Assembly (NCBI RefSeq): GCF_006345805.1
Contig: NC_043022.1
Coordinates: 6,200,001 to 6,264,000 of the forward strand
Source of the DNA: Octopus sinensis
Lineage: Eukaryota
Direction: 5' to 3'
Length of the DNA: 64,000 bases
Below the pieces are notes generated by a model, which was given only the letters and a program-made list of their open reading frames with translations, was not told the origin of the DNA and searched no databases. This document shows positions 49,896-63,754 of the stretch, in pieces. Each line of letters starts with the position of its first letter. Position 1 is the stretch's first letter. Both the position numbers and the translations under genes were made by a program.

Positions 49896-50284
49896 ATATG
49901 CCCAGAAGAAGGTTAATTGGTTTTGGAAATATTATCAAGAAAAACTGTTTCTGATCATATTAAAGATATTACTGATGACATTGAAAATTCTCTAAAATCT
50001 GAATCAGCAGAATTCGTATTGTATTCATTAGCCATTGATGAGACAATTGATCTGTCTGATACTTCCTGGATGGCAATATTTATACATGGAATAACTGCAA
50101 AATTCAACATTCGGGAAGAATTTCTTGCCTCGAAATCAATGCATGGAACAGCTAGAGGTGAAGATTTATTCCGAATGGTCAACTCAGCCTTGAAAGATTT
50201 TGATTTACCATATGAAAAACTGAGTGGTCTTGCTACAGATGGCGCTTAATTGATGGTAGGTCATGAAAAAGGGTCCGTGGCTCT

Positions 50285-50850
50285 GGTATGGTCATTTGAT
50301 GCATATGGATGAGGACAAATGTGTAAAGAAGTGCTGATCTTTAACTATGGAGGGAATCTGTGGAAGAGGTAGACCCAGGAAGACATGGGACGAGGTGGTG
50401 AAGCATGATCTTGAAATGTTGGGCTTCACAGAGGTGAAGACAAGTGACCAAGAGCATTGGTGGTAGGCTGTGTGTGAGAAGACTTGTCAGGCCAAGCGAG
50501 ATCATACGTTGTGGTCATTGCTGGTACCAGGGAAATAGCATCCGTGGATCATGGTCAGGGTTGTTGCACCTGAGAATCATCATGGTCATTGCCGGTGCCA
50601 TTTCCATGACCCCCACTTGTGAATCATAGTTGTGGTCATCGCCAGTGTCATGTGAATGGCACCCAAGTGAGTGGAAAATAAAAGCACCCATTACACTCCT
50701 GGAATGGTTGGCTTTAGGAAGGGCAGCCAGCCGTAGAAACCATGCCAGATAGAGACCAGAAGCGGGTATAGCTCTCCAGCTCATCCAGTCAAACCATCTA
50801 ACCCATGCCAGCATGGAGAGCAGATGTTAAGTAGTGATGATGATGATGGT
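50285..50850 (+). mobile_element. RTE LINE 3' end (5'-truncated)
   Basis: WYGH..MDED..VKKC..GRGRPRKTWDEVV plus tail. Confidence 0.85.
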
Positions 50851-50966
50851 GATGAGATATATATGTATATATATATATATATACGCATTATATATATATA
50901 TATATATATACATACATACATGTACATACATACCTATATACACATACATACATATATATACATGTA

Positions 50967-50998
<32 letters not shown>

Positions 50999-51105
50999 CA
51001 TAAACATACATATATATACATAAACATATATATATATATATACATATAAACATACATACACAAACATATATATATATATACATATACACATACATACTCT
51101 TAATA

Positions 51106-51484
51106 GGAGCACTCCGTCGGTTGCGACGATGAGGGTCCAGCTGATATGATCAACGGAACAGCTTGCTCGTGAAATTAACGTGTAAGTGGCTGAGCACTCC
51201 ACAGACACGTGTACCCTTAACGTAGTTCTCGAGGAGATTCAGCGTGACACAGAGTGTGACAAGGCCGGCCCTTTGAAATACAGGTACAACAGAAACAGGA
51301 AGAAAGAGCGAGAGAAAGTTGTGGTGAAAGAATACAGCAGGGTTCACCACCATCCCCTGCCGGAGCCTCGTGGAGCTTTAGGTGTTTTCGCTCAATAAAC
51401 ACTCACAATGCCCGGTCTGGGAATTGAAACCGCGATCCTCCGACAGCGAGTCCGCTGCCCTAACCACAGGGCCATTGCACCTCC
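51106..51484 (-). mobile_element. SINE family C, full length
   Basis: Reverse match to 4177-4553. Confidence 0.9.
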
Positions 51485-51912
51485 TCACATACATACACAC
51501 ATATACACACACATACATATATATACACATAACGTATGTATGTATATCTCCTTTTATACATCTTGCCCTTGTCTTTTACCAATATATATAAACATCAGAG
51601 ATTAAAGATAAAAAACAAGAAATTGGTTGCTTCATAAACAGACTCTGTTGCACTTTGCTAAACACACACTTTGTCCCTCTCAGCACCAAAAATAGCGTCA
51701 ACCAGTGATTGGTCCATTAGCAGCCAATAACATTTCGCCTCACCATTCATAAGATCACAGTACTCTCTCATAAATACACATCCTCATCTATAAATTCATG
51801 TTGATATATAATGTTTTTTTAAGTGCATACGGATATATATTTGTATACACTCACTTGTGTATGTCTATATATGTTTGCAGAAACATAGTTGTGTAGACAT
51901 GCTTGTGTGTAT

Positions 51913-52110
51913 GTGTGTATAACCGTTTACATATAATAATAATAATAATAATTGTGTACAGTGCTCAGGTGCACTACAACTGTATATGTATATATATATA
52001 TAGGTATATATGTTTACACAACTGTGTGTGTGTGTGTATAACCGTTTACATATAATAATAATAATAATTGTGTACAGTGCTCAGGTGCACTACAACTGTA
52101 TATGTATGTT
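51913..52110 (-). repeat. Tandem ~120-bp duplication containing the CR1 3' tail
   Basis: aataattgtgtacagtgctcaggtgcactacaact twice; reverse complement of ~16845-16890. Confidence 0.75.
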
Positions 52111-52482
52111 TATATATGTGTATATATGTTTACACAACCGTGTGTATGTGTGTGTGTGTCTAAATGTTATTTGTCCCAACATGCAAGCCCGTTGCCCGGC
52201 TTCATTAAAGCTTCTTGTTTAAAATGAAGAAAATGGAATTTCAGAAGTGCCATTTAATGAATGCAGCTAAATTTAGTTCCGTGTTGAGTTAACTGTGTTC
52301 TCCTGATTCTTGTAATTTCTACTTAAATGAACAGCCGTGTCGTCTCAATGTCTGCAGAACTGCACAGCCGAAAACACCTCCAGTTTCAACTACACCGCGT
52401 CACCATTTGCTGCAACTGCTTAGTATTAGCAGCACCAAGCTCGCCTACATTTATGAGTGCATGTGTTTTGGTGGGGACAATA

Positions 52483-52544
<62 letters not shown>

Positions 52545-52654
52545 ATATAATGTATATATATATACATACACACATACACGTATATATCACTACTGGCAGA
52601 TATATGTGTGTAAGTGAATGAGAACATACACACATACACAAACAACATTTATAT

Positions 52655-52810
52655 GGCGCAGGAGTGGCTGTGTGGTAAGTAGCTTGCTTCCCAACCACAT
52701 GGTTCCAGGTTCAGTCCGACACCTTGGGCATGTATCTTCTACTATAGCCTAGGGCCGAGCAAGGCCTTCTGAGTGGATTTGGTAGACAGAAACTGAAAGA
52801 AGCCCATCAT
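52655..52810 (+). mobile_element. SINE family A, 5' half
   Basis: ggcgcaggagtggctgtgtgg head. Confidence 0.85.
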
Positions 52811-52958
52811 ATATATATATATATATGCATGTATACACGTATATATATATATGCATATATACATGTATATATGTGTGTGTGCGTATATATATATATACAT
52901 GTATATATATATATATATAAATATGCATTCACATGTGTATATATATATATATATATGT

Positions 52959-53340
52959 GGAGGCGCAATAGCCCAGTGGTTAGGGCAGCGGACTCGCGGT
53001 CATAGGATCGCGGTTTCAATTCCCAGACCGGGCGTTGTGAGTGTTTATTGAGCGAAAACACCTAAAAGCTCCACGAGGCTCCGGCAGGGATGGTGGTGAT
53101 CCCTGCTGTGCTCTTTCACCACAACTTTCTCTCACTCTTACTTCCTGTTTCTGTTGTACCTGTATTTCAAAGGACCGGCCTTGTCACTCTCTGTGTCACG
53201 CTGAATATCCCCAAGAACTACGTTAAGGGTGCACGTGTCTGTGGAGTGCTCAGCCACTTACACGTTAATTTCACGAGCAGGCTGTTCCGTTGATTCGGAT
53301 CAACCGGAACCCTCATCGTCGTAACCGACGGAGTGCTTCC
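52959..53340 (+). mobile_element. SINE family C, full length
   Basis: Match to 4177-4553. Confidence 0.9.
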
Positions 53341-53365
53341 ATTCCATATATATATATGCATACAC

Positions 53366-53427
<62 letters not shown>

Positions 53428-53440
53428 ACATGTATATATA

Positions 53441-53842
53441 TTACTCTTTTACTTGTTTCAGTCATTTGACTGCGGCCATGCTGGAGCACCGCCTTTAATC
53501 GAGCAACTCGACCCCGGAACTTATTCTTTGTAAGCCCAGTACTTATTCTATCGGTCTCTTTTTGCCGAACTGCTAAGTGACGGGGACATAAGCACACCAG
53601 CATCGGTTGTGAAGCAATGCTAGGGGGACAAACACAGACAAACAAACATATACACGCATACATATATATATATATATACATATATACGACGGGCTTCTTT
53701 CAGTTTCCGTCTACCAAATCCACTCACAAGGCATTGGTTGGCCTGAGGCTATAGCAGAAGACATTTGCCCAAGGTGCCACACAGTGGGAATGAATCATGT
53801 GGTTGGGAAGCAAGCTAGTTACCACACAGCCACTCCTGCGCC
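53441..53842 (-). mobile_element. SINE family A
   Basis: Full length. Confidence 0.9.
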
Positions 53843-53886
53843 TATGTATATATATATATATGTATATATATATGTATGTATGTATG

Positions 53887-53940
<54 letters not shown>

Positions 53941-53992
53941 TCCCCCAACCATTACTTGACAACCGATGTTGGTGTGTTTACATCCCCATTAC

Positions 53993-54028
<36 letters not shown>

Positions 54029-54183
54029 AGGTAAACATACACACACACATATTTACCCAAACAAAACCTACACTCTAAAGAGAAACCTAATTCCACACAA
54101 ATGTTATTTCTTTAGTCTGTTGTAACCATAATGGAGTACTAACCACTCTCAATATGTACAGAGATTTCATTATTATTATTATT

Positions 54184-54741
54184 GAGTGAGAGAGCAGTGC
54201 ATGCCATCAAAGTGACACTGGGGTAAAATATACGAAGCCCAGTATACCCATCATGACTACCCATCTGATAAGGGTACACCAGGTACATGCATCACAACCA
54301 TATGTGCGTAACATGGTGATCTCATATCAAGATAAACAGCGCATGACCTTGTAGGTGGGGCCCAGTTAGAATTTTCTTCTGGTCGAGTAACCCATCCTGC
54401 TCAAAAGGTACCTGAGTAAGGGTTGTTTAAGGACGTTGAACGAAACACCCATGTTTCCAGAGGTGAACTATTCAAACCCCAAAGAATCCCTCTCAACACA
54501 TGGCTATGATGCTCCCCCACTACTTCTGCTCATGATCAGAGATGGACATATCATCAGCCACTAAGGGACATGCTCAACTGGTTACGGTCAAACAACTGAC
54601 AAGCAAATCTGTGGTATTGAGCAGAATATTTGCTGTAGCCCATCTTTTATACCGAGACAAAACAATGTACATGATAATACTTCCAATCAGTTAAGATCAG
54701 AAGCCATGAGGAACCACTGCCTGGTACTGCATCAGGGCATT
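54184..54741. mobile_element. ~560-bp element embedded in a (TAA)n tract
   Basis: Complex sequence bounded on both sides by (ATT)n; class uncertain. Confidence 0.45.
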
Positions 54742-55957
54742 TATTATTATTATTATTAACATTATTATTATTATTATTAACAACATTATTATAATAAGAA
54801 AGCAGTGAGCTGGCAGAATTGTTAGCACGTCCCCTTCTTATATGCTTAGCGGTATTTTGCCCATTTTTACATTCTGAGTTCAAATTCTGTCAAGGTTGAC
54901 TTTGCCTTTTATCCTTTTTGAGTCAATTAAGTACCAGTTGCATACTGGGGTCTGCTAATCGACTGACCGCCTACCCCAAAATTTCAGGCCCAGAGTAGAA
55001 AAAATATTTACTGAGTGAAAAGGCAGTGAGCTGGCAGAGTTGTTAGCATGCCAAGCAAAATCCTTAGACTCGTTTCATTTGTCTCTATGTTGTGGGTTCA
55101 AATTCCTCTTAAGTCAACTTTCAAACACAGACACACAAACATACGCACATATTTATATAAGACAGGCTTCTTTCGGTTTCCATCTCCGAAATCCACTCGC
55201 AAGGCTTTGGTCGGCCCGAGGCTATAACAAAAGACACTTGCCCAAAGTGCCATGCAGTGGGACTGAACCTGGAACCATGTGGTTGGTAAACAAGCTACTT
55301 ACCACGCAGCCACTCCTGCACCTTTTGAAAATTCACTTAGATTTCTTTGTTGTTTTTTAGCCAAAGGTCAACCCTGATGAATTAGATCATTCCAGCCATG
55401 ACCCTCCTGTCTTTAGAACTACATTATCTAATAAATTCTTCCCTTTAAGATGATACAGCATGACAAGAAGGACAGTTAACTGCTATTTCCAGCAGGCTGA
55501 TTAACAACATAGAAGTTTCCTTTCATGTTGTTGCGACAAAACTAGGATTTGTTAGAATTTAGGGTCCTTTCGTAACTTAATCAAGTGAAAGCGATTTTGT
55601 ATGTTGTCTATTTAAGGACCTCCATTTAGCCCTTTCAAACCCACCCATCACTTATCCACCAACCCCCAGATCCCATACTAATCATTAAGCCCAGTCCTTT
55701 TTGAATGTTGGCCCCTAAAAATTTCCCTCCTTCTCAATGTTTTTGTTGTTATTGATTTCTTTCATCTTTTCCTTGTTTCAGTCACTGGACTACGGCCATG
55801 CTGGAGCACCCACCTTGAAGGATTTTAGTTGAATGGATCGACTCCTGGCACTTATTCCATCAATCTCTTTTGTCAAACCACTAAGTTATGGGGATGTAAA
55901 CAAACCGATTATCAAGCAGTGCTGGACGATAAACACAGACACACACACACATATAGT

Positions 55958-56335
55958 GGCAGGCATGGCTGTGTGGCAAGAAGCTTGATTCCCGACCAGT
56001 TGGTGCTGGGTTCAGTCCCACTGTGTGGCACCTTGCGCAAATGTCTTCTACTACAGCCTTGGATCGACCAAAGCCTTGTGAGTGGATTTGGTAAATGGAA
56101 ACTGAAAGAAGCCCGTCGTATATGTGTGTGTGTGTGTGTGTGTCCACTCACCACACCATCATTGACAACCGATGCTGGTGTGTTTATGTCCCCATGGATT
56201 AGCGGTTCAGCAAAAGAGACTGATAGAATAAGTACTGGGCTTAAGAAAAATAAGTTCTGGGATTGATTTCTTCGATTAAAGGTGGTGCTCTAGTATGGCT
56301 ACGGTCAAATGACTGAAACAAGTAAAAGAATAAAA

Positions 56336-56337
<2 letters not shown>
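55958..56337 (+). mobile_element. SINE family A (flanked by further partial copies at ~55130-55320, 55765-55935, 56390-56545)
   Basis: Head, core and tail match. Confidence 0.85.
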
Positions 56338-56386
<49 letters not shown>

Positions 56387-56781
56387 GAATGGGCTTCTTT
56401 CAGTTTCCATCTACCAAATCCACTCACAAGGTTTTGGTTGGGCTGAAGCTATAGTAGAAGACCCTTGCTCAAGGTGCCATGCATTGGGATTGTACCCAGA
56501 ACCATGTGATTGGGAAGCAAGCTTCTTACCACACAGCTGTGCCTACATTTTGTAAAATATTTAAAATATTCACAACAAACATTAATTGTACCCAGTGTCA
56601 GAAATTTTGTGAAGGCAACTGACACAGCCTCTCCCTCCATGTCAATCCAATAAGAAATGCCATAGGCATCAGTGTATGATTAAGAAGTTCACTTTGAATT
56701 CAGATGGTTTCAGGTTCTGTCCCACTGGGCAGCACTTGGAGCAAATGTCTTTTACTAAAGCTTTAGGACAAAACTGTATGG

Positions 56782-56892
<111 letters not shown>

Positions 56893-57544
56893 TCAAAACT
56901 GCTTGACAGTGTGTTGGTTTGTTTACAGCCTCATAACTCAAAGGTTTCACAGAAAGAAACTTACAGAGTAAATACCAGACTTCAAATAAAGACTGTGGGC
57001 AAACTATTCAAATAAACACTTCAAAATGGTGCTCCAGCATGGCCACTGTCCAATGACAGAAACAAGTGGAAGAATAAAGGGGGTGGAAATACCTAAATCT
57101 ATTCCCAAACGGTTTCCAGGGATAGAGAATATGGAACTAATGTCAACTTCTGTCGTCATTCTGATGTGATGGTCAAATCAGGATTGATAAAGAAGATATC
57201 CAATACAGTGTTTTCCTTTTCTTGAGAACAGTGTATCTAGGACTACATTATTAAATGTGTTCTTTTTAAAAAAGAAAGAGTGTCAGGTATGGCTTGCAAA
57301 AGATTAGCTGTGGTTTCTAGCAAGTCGGGTGACCACTTAGAGGCCCCAACCTTTACTCGTTAATGTTTGTGGTAATGTCAGTGCGTAAGAGTCACCTTAA
57401 CAGGTTAACGATGGACGTGACAAATTAATTGGTTAATGGGACTTAAAATATGCAAAATTTGATAATTATTTGGCTTTTGACAAAAGTTAGTGTCACTTAA
57501 ATAGAGGCTGTTATTGTGTTGCATGTACCCTGATTAGATATGAA

Positions 57545-58150
57545 GGGTGGGGGTAGAAAGAGAGGGAGAGAGGCAGACAGATAAACAGAGGGGGCGAGAG
57601 AGATAGAGAGGGAGAGGAAGAAAGAGACAGGTAGAGAGGAATAGAGGGAGAGGTAGAGAGAGATGGAGAGTGATAAAGAGAGGAGAGATACATGCAGAGA
57701 GAGAGAAAGATAGACGAACATGGAGACAAAGAGAAAGAGAGGGGGAGAAGAAGAGAGAGAAGAGATAGAGAGAGTGAGGCAGAGAGAGGAGGAGAGAGAG
57801 AGAAAGAGACAGAGAGAGAGAAAGAGGCAGAGAGAGAAAGAGGCAGAGAGAGGGGGAGAGAGAGACAGAGGCACAGAGAGAAAGAGAGAGAGAGACAGAG
57901 AAAGAGAAAGAGAAAGAGAAAGAGAGAAAGAGGCAGAGAGAGAGAAAGAGGCAGAGAGAGAGTAAAGAGGCAGAGTGAGAGTAAAGAGGCAGAGAGAGGG
58001 GGAGAGAGAGACAGAGGCACAGAGAGAAAGAGACAGAGAAAGAGAAAGAGGCAGAGAGAGAGAAAGAGACAGAGAGAGAGAGAAAGAGATAGAGAGAGAG
58101 AAAGAGGCAGAGACAGAGAGAAAGAGGCAGAGAGAGGGGGAGAGAGAGAC
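57545..58150. repeat. ~600-bp degenerate (GA)n polypurine tract
   Basis: Direct reading. Confidence 0.95.
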
Positions 58151-58750
58151 TTGGGTGTCAGACATAAACTGAAAGAGAAGACATTTTATTGGTAAAACTG
58201 AAAATCCTCTGATATCATTCTGTAATTCTAGAAAGACGACCAAACACTAAATTCTAAATTGAAAACACATTACTCTTTGCAAAACAATCAGATCATATTA
58301 TTAAAATGATTAATTTATGCTTAATTAATGCTTTATTTTTTCTCTCTTTTCTTCATTAACTTAATTTTGTTATCTTTTATTTGTTTTGTTTGTTTGTTCT
58401 TTTCCAGGAAGTCTTTTAGTTTCTCTTGCTAAATTCTAGACTTCTTTCTTTAAATGTCAAGTGTTTTAGCTAAGAATTACAATCGGTGTTTTATTTTACT
58501 TAACAGCAAATGCTTGCAGTGTCGGGTTGCCGACAGAGAATCGGTTCTGAGAAATGGTGACCGGGGTGGGGGGGCTTATTGCTTTCACCAACCGTTTTGC
58601 TTAGTTAAAAGACAGCAAAGTTTGAATGGCAGCAACAGAATTATTATTTAACACTCTCTCTCTCTCTCTCTAGATTTCTTCGAGAATTTGCTATTAAACA
58701 CAAGAATCACCAAAATTGAAATAACACACACACAAACCTCCTACACATAC

Positions 58751-58806
<56 letters not shown>

Positions 58807-58878
58807 CGTTTAAATATTTGTTGTGCAAGATTTATTGGCTAAATTGGCAATATGACCATTCCGAAATATAACATATAT

Positions 58879-58909
<31 letters not shown>

Positions 58910-59059
58910 GTATATTGTAGGTGTTTTAACAGCCTCTGTCATATCTAATGACAATAATAGTTTTCCTTTTTGATGATACATTGCTAAACAGATGCCTAAT
59001 TTAATTACATACATATATATATATATATATATACAAATACATCTACATATATATATCAT

Positions 59060-59302
59060 GGCCGTTGCCAGCGCCGCCCCGACTGGCCACCGTGCTGTTG
59101 GCACATAAAAGCACCATCCGTTCGTCTCCATTGCCAGCCTCGCCTGGCCCCCGTGCCGGTGGCACGTAAAAGCACCATCCGTTCGTGGCCGTTTGCCAGC
59201 ACCGTCTGGCACCTGTGCGGGTGGCACGTAAAAAGCACCCACTACACTCACGGAGTGGTTGGCGTTAGGAAGGGCATCTAGCCGTAGAAACACTGCCAGA
59301 TG
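59060..59302 (+). mobile_element. RTE LINE 3' tail with tandem ggcacgtaaaagcacc units
   Basis: Tail family match. Confidence 0.8.
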
Positions 59303-59828
59303 AGACTATATATATATAGTTCAAATTAACAGAAAAACAAGACAAAGACAGGTGGAGGAACAACGAACAGGTGTATTAGTTTGACACTCGGGGGAAAAAT
59401 GGAAAAGTCTTTTATATGTTAAGTCTATTCTCTTCAACAGAAAGGAATAAGAGGGAAAAAAATGGAGAAAAAACAGGGTGGAGTTCAGCATGTGTGTGTG
59501 TGTGAATGGGAGCAAGTGAGTTTGATCAGTGTGTTGTGTGCGTGTTGTGTGTAGCAGTTGATGTGGGCTTTTTCAAGTGGTGTGTGCTTGTGTGTGTCTG
59601 TGATGAAATAGTGTGGGCGAAAGTTATCTTTGTCTATGCGTGTGCGTGTGTGTGTGTGTGTGTATTGTCTGTGTTCAGGTATTACGTGCTTGTGTGGGTG
59701 TGTGCATGATGGTGTTTGGGGTGTGTACTGAGTGAAACTGTGTGACTGCTCATACCGTAGTATGTGTGGTGACACCATTGAAGATTGTGTGGAGGTGTGT
59801 GGATAATGGTACATTATATATTTATATA

Positions 59829-59930
59829 TATACTAGCAGTATTGCCCGGCTTTCTCTCTAATTCTCTATCTCACTCTCTCTCTCTCACTCTCTCTCTCAC
59901 TCTCTCTCTCTCTCTCACTCTCTCTCTCTC

Positions 59931-59975
<45 letters not shown>

Positions 59976-60390
59976 AACTCTCTATTTCACTCTTTCTCTC
60001 TCACACTCTCAGTCACTCTCTCTCCCCTCGGAAGACAAAGAATGACAGACAAAAGGATTAAGTCGATTATATCGACCCCAGTGTGCAACTGGTACAGTTT
60101 TTAATCGATCCTGAAATGATGAAAAGGAAAGCTGACCTCGGCGGAATCTGAAATCAGAATGTAACTGAGTAAAGTTCACTATTCAATGCATGGGATAAGG
60201 CCTAAACAAACACATTATCGACTTTTGCACCTGCAAGATGAATTTTGGAACAGAAATAGCGCAGTTCAATTTTCATTTGCCTATACTTTAAGTGACCCAT
60301 TTTTGGTGGTTCTACGATTTGTTGGCTCGGAGGAGATGTGCCGGGAAGTTAAACACACAGACACACAAGTTGAGTTTTATATATATAGAT
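59829..60390 (+). mobile_element. HINE-like element with (CT)n tract and SINE B insertion
   Basis: tactagcagtattgcccggc start; cagacacacaagttgagttttatatatatagat end. Confidence 0.5.
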
Positions 60391-60393
60391 ATA

Positions 60394-60795
60394 GGTGCTG
60401 GAGTGGTTGTGCAGTAAGTAGCTTGCTTACCAACCACATGGTTCTGGGTTCAGTCCCACCACATAGCACCTTAGCCAAGTATCTTCTACCATAACCTTGG
60501 GCCGACCAAAGCTTGTGAGTGGATTTGGTAGACAGAAACTGAAAGAAGCCCATTGTATGTGTGTGTGTGTATGTATATATGTATGTGTGCGTGTGTGTCT
60601 TTGTCCTCCCAATATCGCTTGACAACCAATGTTGGTGTGTTTATGTCCCCGTAACTTAGCAGTTTGGCAAAATAGTCTGATAGAGTAAGTACTAGGCTTA
60701 CAAAGAATAAGTCCTGGGGATGATTTGTTCAACTAAAGGCAGTACTGCAGCATGGCCACAGTCAAATGACTGAAATAAGTAAAAGAAAAAGAATA
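60394..60795 (+). mobile_element. SINE family A
   Basis: Full length, moderately diverged. Confidence 0.85.
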
Positions 60796-60984
60796 CATAT
60801 AAAGTCTACCATTAGTTTCATGTTAAGAAAAATATCTTAATTTTTCAAGTCAATCACATGGAGGGATAGTGTTTGTCTCCATTTTGGATATATATATATA
60901 TATATACACACACCACATACACATGCATACATACACTATATATATAATCTATACACACTCACACGTATATATAATCTATACACA

Positions 60985-61416
60985 CAAACACCATCCGATC
61001 GTAGCCGTTCGCCAGCCTCGTCTGGCACCTGTGTCGGTGGCACATAAGAAAACACCGAAAACACCATCCGAGCGTGGCCGTCTGCCAGCCTCATCTGGCA
61101 CCTGTGTCGGTGGCACATAAAAAACACCATCCGAGCGTGGCCGTCTGCCAGCCTCGTCTGGCACCTGTGTCAGTGGCACATAAAAAACACCATCCGAGCG
61201 TGACCGTCTGCCAGCCTCGTCTGGCACCTGTGTCAGTGGCACATAAAATCACCCACTACACTCTCGGAGTGGTTGGCGTTAGGAAGGGCATCCAGCTGTA
61301 GAAACACTGCCAGATCTGACTGGCCTGGTGCAGCCTTCGGGCTTGCCAGATCCCAGTTGAACCGTCCAACCCATGCTAGCATGGAAAGCGGACGTTAAAC
61401 GATGATGATGATGATG
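60985..61416 (+). mobile_element. RTE LINE 3' tail with 4-5 tandem ~55-60-bp units
   Basis: caccatccgagcgtggccgtctgccagcctcgtctggcacctgtgtcggtggcacataaaaaa repeated. Confidence 0.85.
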
Positions 61417-61699
61417 ATATCTCAATGTACCAATGAAACTATCAGATGTTATGTATCACTGATCACTGAACTTCCTCGCATTGTTGCAGCCTCTGAAGAA
61501 TGATGCCATCCTGTCAGGCAGGCAGGCAGGGCAACATTTCCCCTGCACAGGGCACCAGTCTGCCGTAGGGTGGTAACCCATTTACAGCCAATTGGACTGA
61601 GGCAACAAGATATGAAGTGCTTACCTTGAGAACACAAAACACCACTGGTCTGGGAATTGAAACCATGTTCTTCCAATTGTGAATGCAAACCACCCTGTT

Positions 61700-61985
61700 T
61701 TGTTCCAGTCATTTGACTGTGGCCATGCTGGGGCAGAGCCTCTAAGGGTTTGGTCAAACATAACACAAATACTTATTTTTCGAGTCTGATACTTATTCTA
61801 ATTGTCTTTTTTGCTGAAGAGGGACACAAACAAACCAGCACTGGTCATGAAGCGGGATGGAACAACAAACACAGATACAAAGACACACACACAAAACAGG
61901 CTTCCACATAGTTTCCATCTACCAAATTCACTCATCAGGGATTGATCAACCCAGGGCGGTTTAAGAAAACATTTGCCTAAGGTGT
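61700..61985 (-). mobile_element. SINE family A, degenerate
   Basis: cagtcatttgactgtggccatgctgg...ttccatctaccaaatt. Confidence 0.65.
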
Positions 61986-62559
61986 TGTGCAGAGGATGTG
62001 AAATTATAAAATTCCATATCAAATTCCAATACAAGGATTCCATGAAATAAGGGTCACTGGTTTAAAGCAGCTCTGAGTAAGGGCTGGGGTTGGAACAGGG
62101 TGGTGAAGTGTTAAAGCATCAGACAAAATACTTTGTAGCATTTCTTTCAACTCTTATTGTTTCGAGTTCAAATCCCACCTCGTCAGTTTTGCCTTCCATC
62201 CTTCCAACGTCTACAAAATAAAATGCCAGTCCAAAGCAGATTTGTAGAATCGTTAGTGCGTCAGACAAAATATATTTTGCAGAGTTTTTTTTTTTTTTTG
62301 ATCTGGCAGTCCACAGAGGATCAAGGGAATTGAACAAGTAGTAGAACCAGCACTGCGTGACAAACTTGTCTGTCACTAGGCAACAAGATAGCATCTTGCA
62401 AAAATCACCTGAAAGAAGTCAAAACCACCTTCTCATCAGTCGCTAGGTAACAAGATGCCAGCTTATGAAAAACACCTGAGAGATGGCAAAGCCATCTTTG
62501 CGTTCTCCTACAGAAATTCCATAAGAAGAACTCAACTGCATTCACCAGAACCCGTTTGT

Positions 62560-62885
62560 TGATTCAATGGGTTCCACATGTGAAGGTGCCTGGCTTATTG
62601 GTTTGGGAATTCAGCTCACAATCAGAATGTCTTCAGATCAATTCCTGGCAGTGCATTGTGTCCTTGAGCAAGACACTTTATCTCACTTTATTGCTCCAGC
62701 TGGCAAAAATGAGTCGTACCTGTATTTCAAAGGTCCAGCCTTGCCACAAACTGTGTCACACTGGATCTCCCCAAGAACTTTGTTAAAGGTACACATGTCT
62801 GTGGAGTACTCATGCATATTAATTTCAGGATGAGGTTGTTCCATGGATTAAATCAACTGGAACCCTCACCGTTGTAAAAACCAAT
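62560..62885 (+). mobile_element. SINE family C-related, degenerate
   Basis: tacctgtatttcaaagg...gtctgtggagtactca...ggaaccctc. Confidence 0.6.
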
Positions 62886-63754
62886 GGAGCGCCAGTAAGG
62901 GAGTTTCCACGACACAAACATAGAACAAGTCTCCAGGGTAGGTAAAAAGAGTAAAAAACCCCTTCAGTCATGAATGACCATGGGATTGCACTTTGAATGT
63001 TCCCCCACCAAGGCACAAGTCTGGGCAAGGTTGCTTATGGAAGACCAGCAGTCACCCCTGCATACCAGCCTCCCTTCTCCATGCCACTGATGCTATTCAA
63101 GAGAAGGGCAAAGGGGCTGATACAGCTTGGCACCAGTGATATCAGAAGTCATTTCTACAGATGAGTGAACTGGAGCATCGTGAAATAAAGTGTCTTGCTC
63201 AAGAACAGCCCAGTCCAGGAATCAAACTCACTACCTCATGATTTAAGCCCGATGCTCTAACCACTGAGCCATGTGCCTTCCCATCTGACAGGACACAAAA
63301 ATAAAAAGAAGAAAGGTGAAAATATTCAGGTGTAAAAAGAAAAAATAACAGAAAAGTTTGTTAGGGATTGGTTCCTCCTAACATGTCGGAAAATGTGTTG
63401 CAACTGGAACCCATCTGACCTAGGTTTTTTGTAGATGATTCACACAATGTAGTATGGGGTGTGTGAACCACACAGTTGAACCCTTTCGGGGAAGGTGGGT
63501 GACGCGAGTATAATTACAGGAGTCAAAGGTTAATTTCAGGAAGGGTGCATTGTTTATCCAATGACTGCACATTTTAAGAAGTGGAGGAGAAATATTGAGT
63601 GTTAGGGAGAATTTACAGAGGCAATTACAAATATTTAATTTTCCTTACGTTTTTAAATCACCAAGGTTCATTACTTGTAGACACCATCTCAAGGGGGGAA
63701 AAAAAAACCATAGTTAAGTTGGTGTTGGTACATTTAATATGGATGGAAGATGGG

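Larger units (their letters stand above)
47618..50285 (+). mobile_element. hAT-Charlie DNA transposon, 3'-truncated, decayed transposase ~48730-50280
   Basis: TIR caggagtggggaaac; FDEKWTEFYF, HSDGELVKECIL, YSLAIDET.D.SD, SMHGT..GEDLF, ATDGA; split by two SINE A copies. Confidence 0.85.

Noticed and set aside
50827-54125. Numerous YIYI/CVCV/HTHT ORFs
   Set aside because: Dinucleotide microsatellites and SINE bodies
57497-58243. Long Ser/Leu and Arg/Glu-rich ORFs
   Set aside because: Translations of the (GA)n tract
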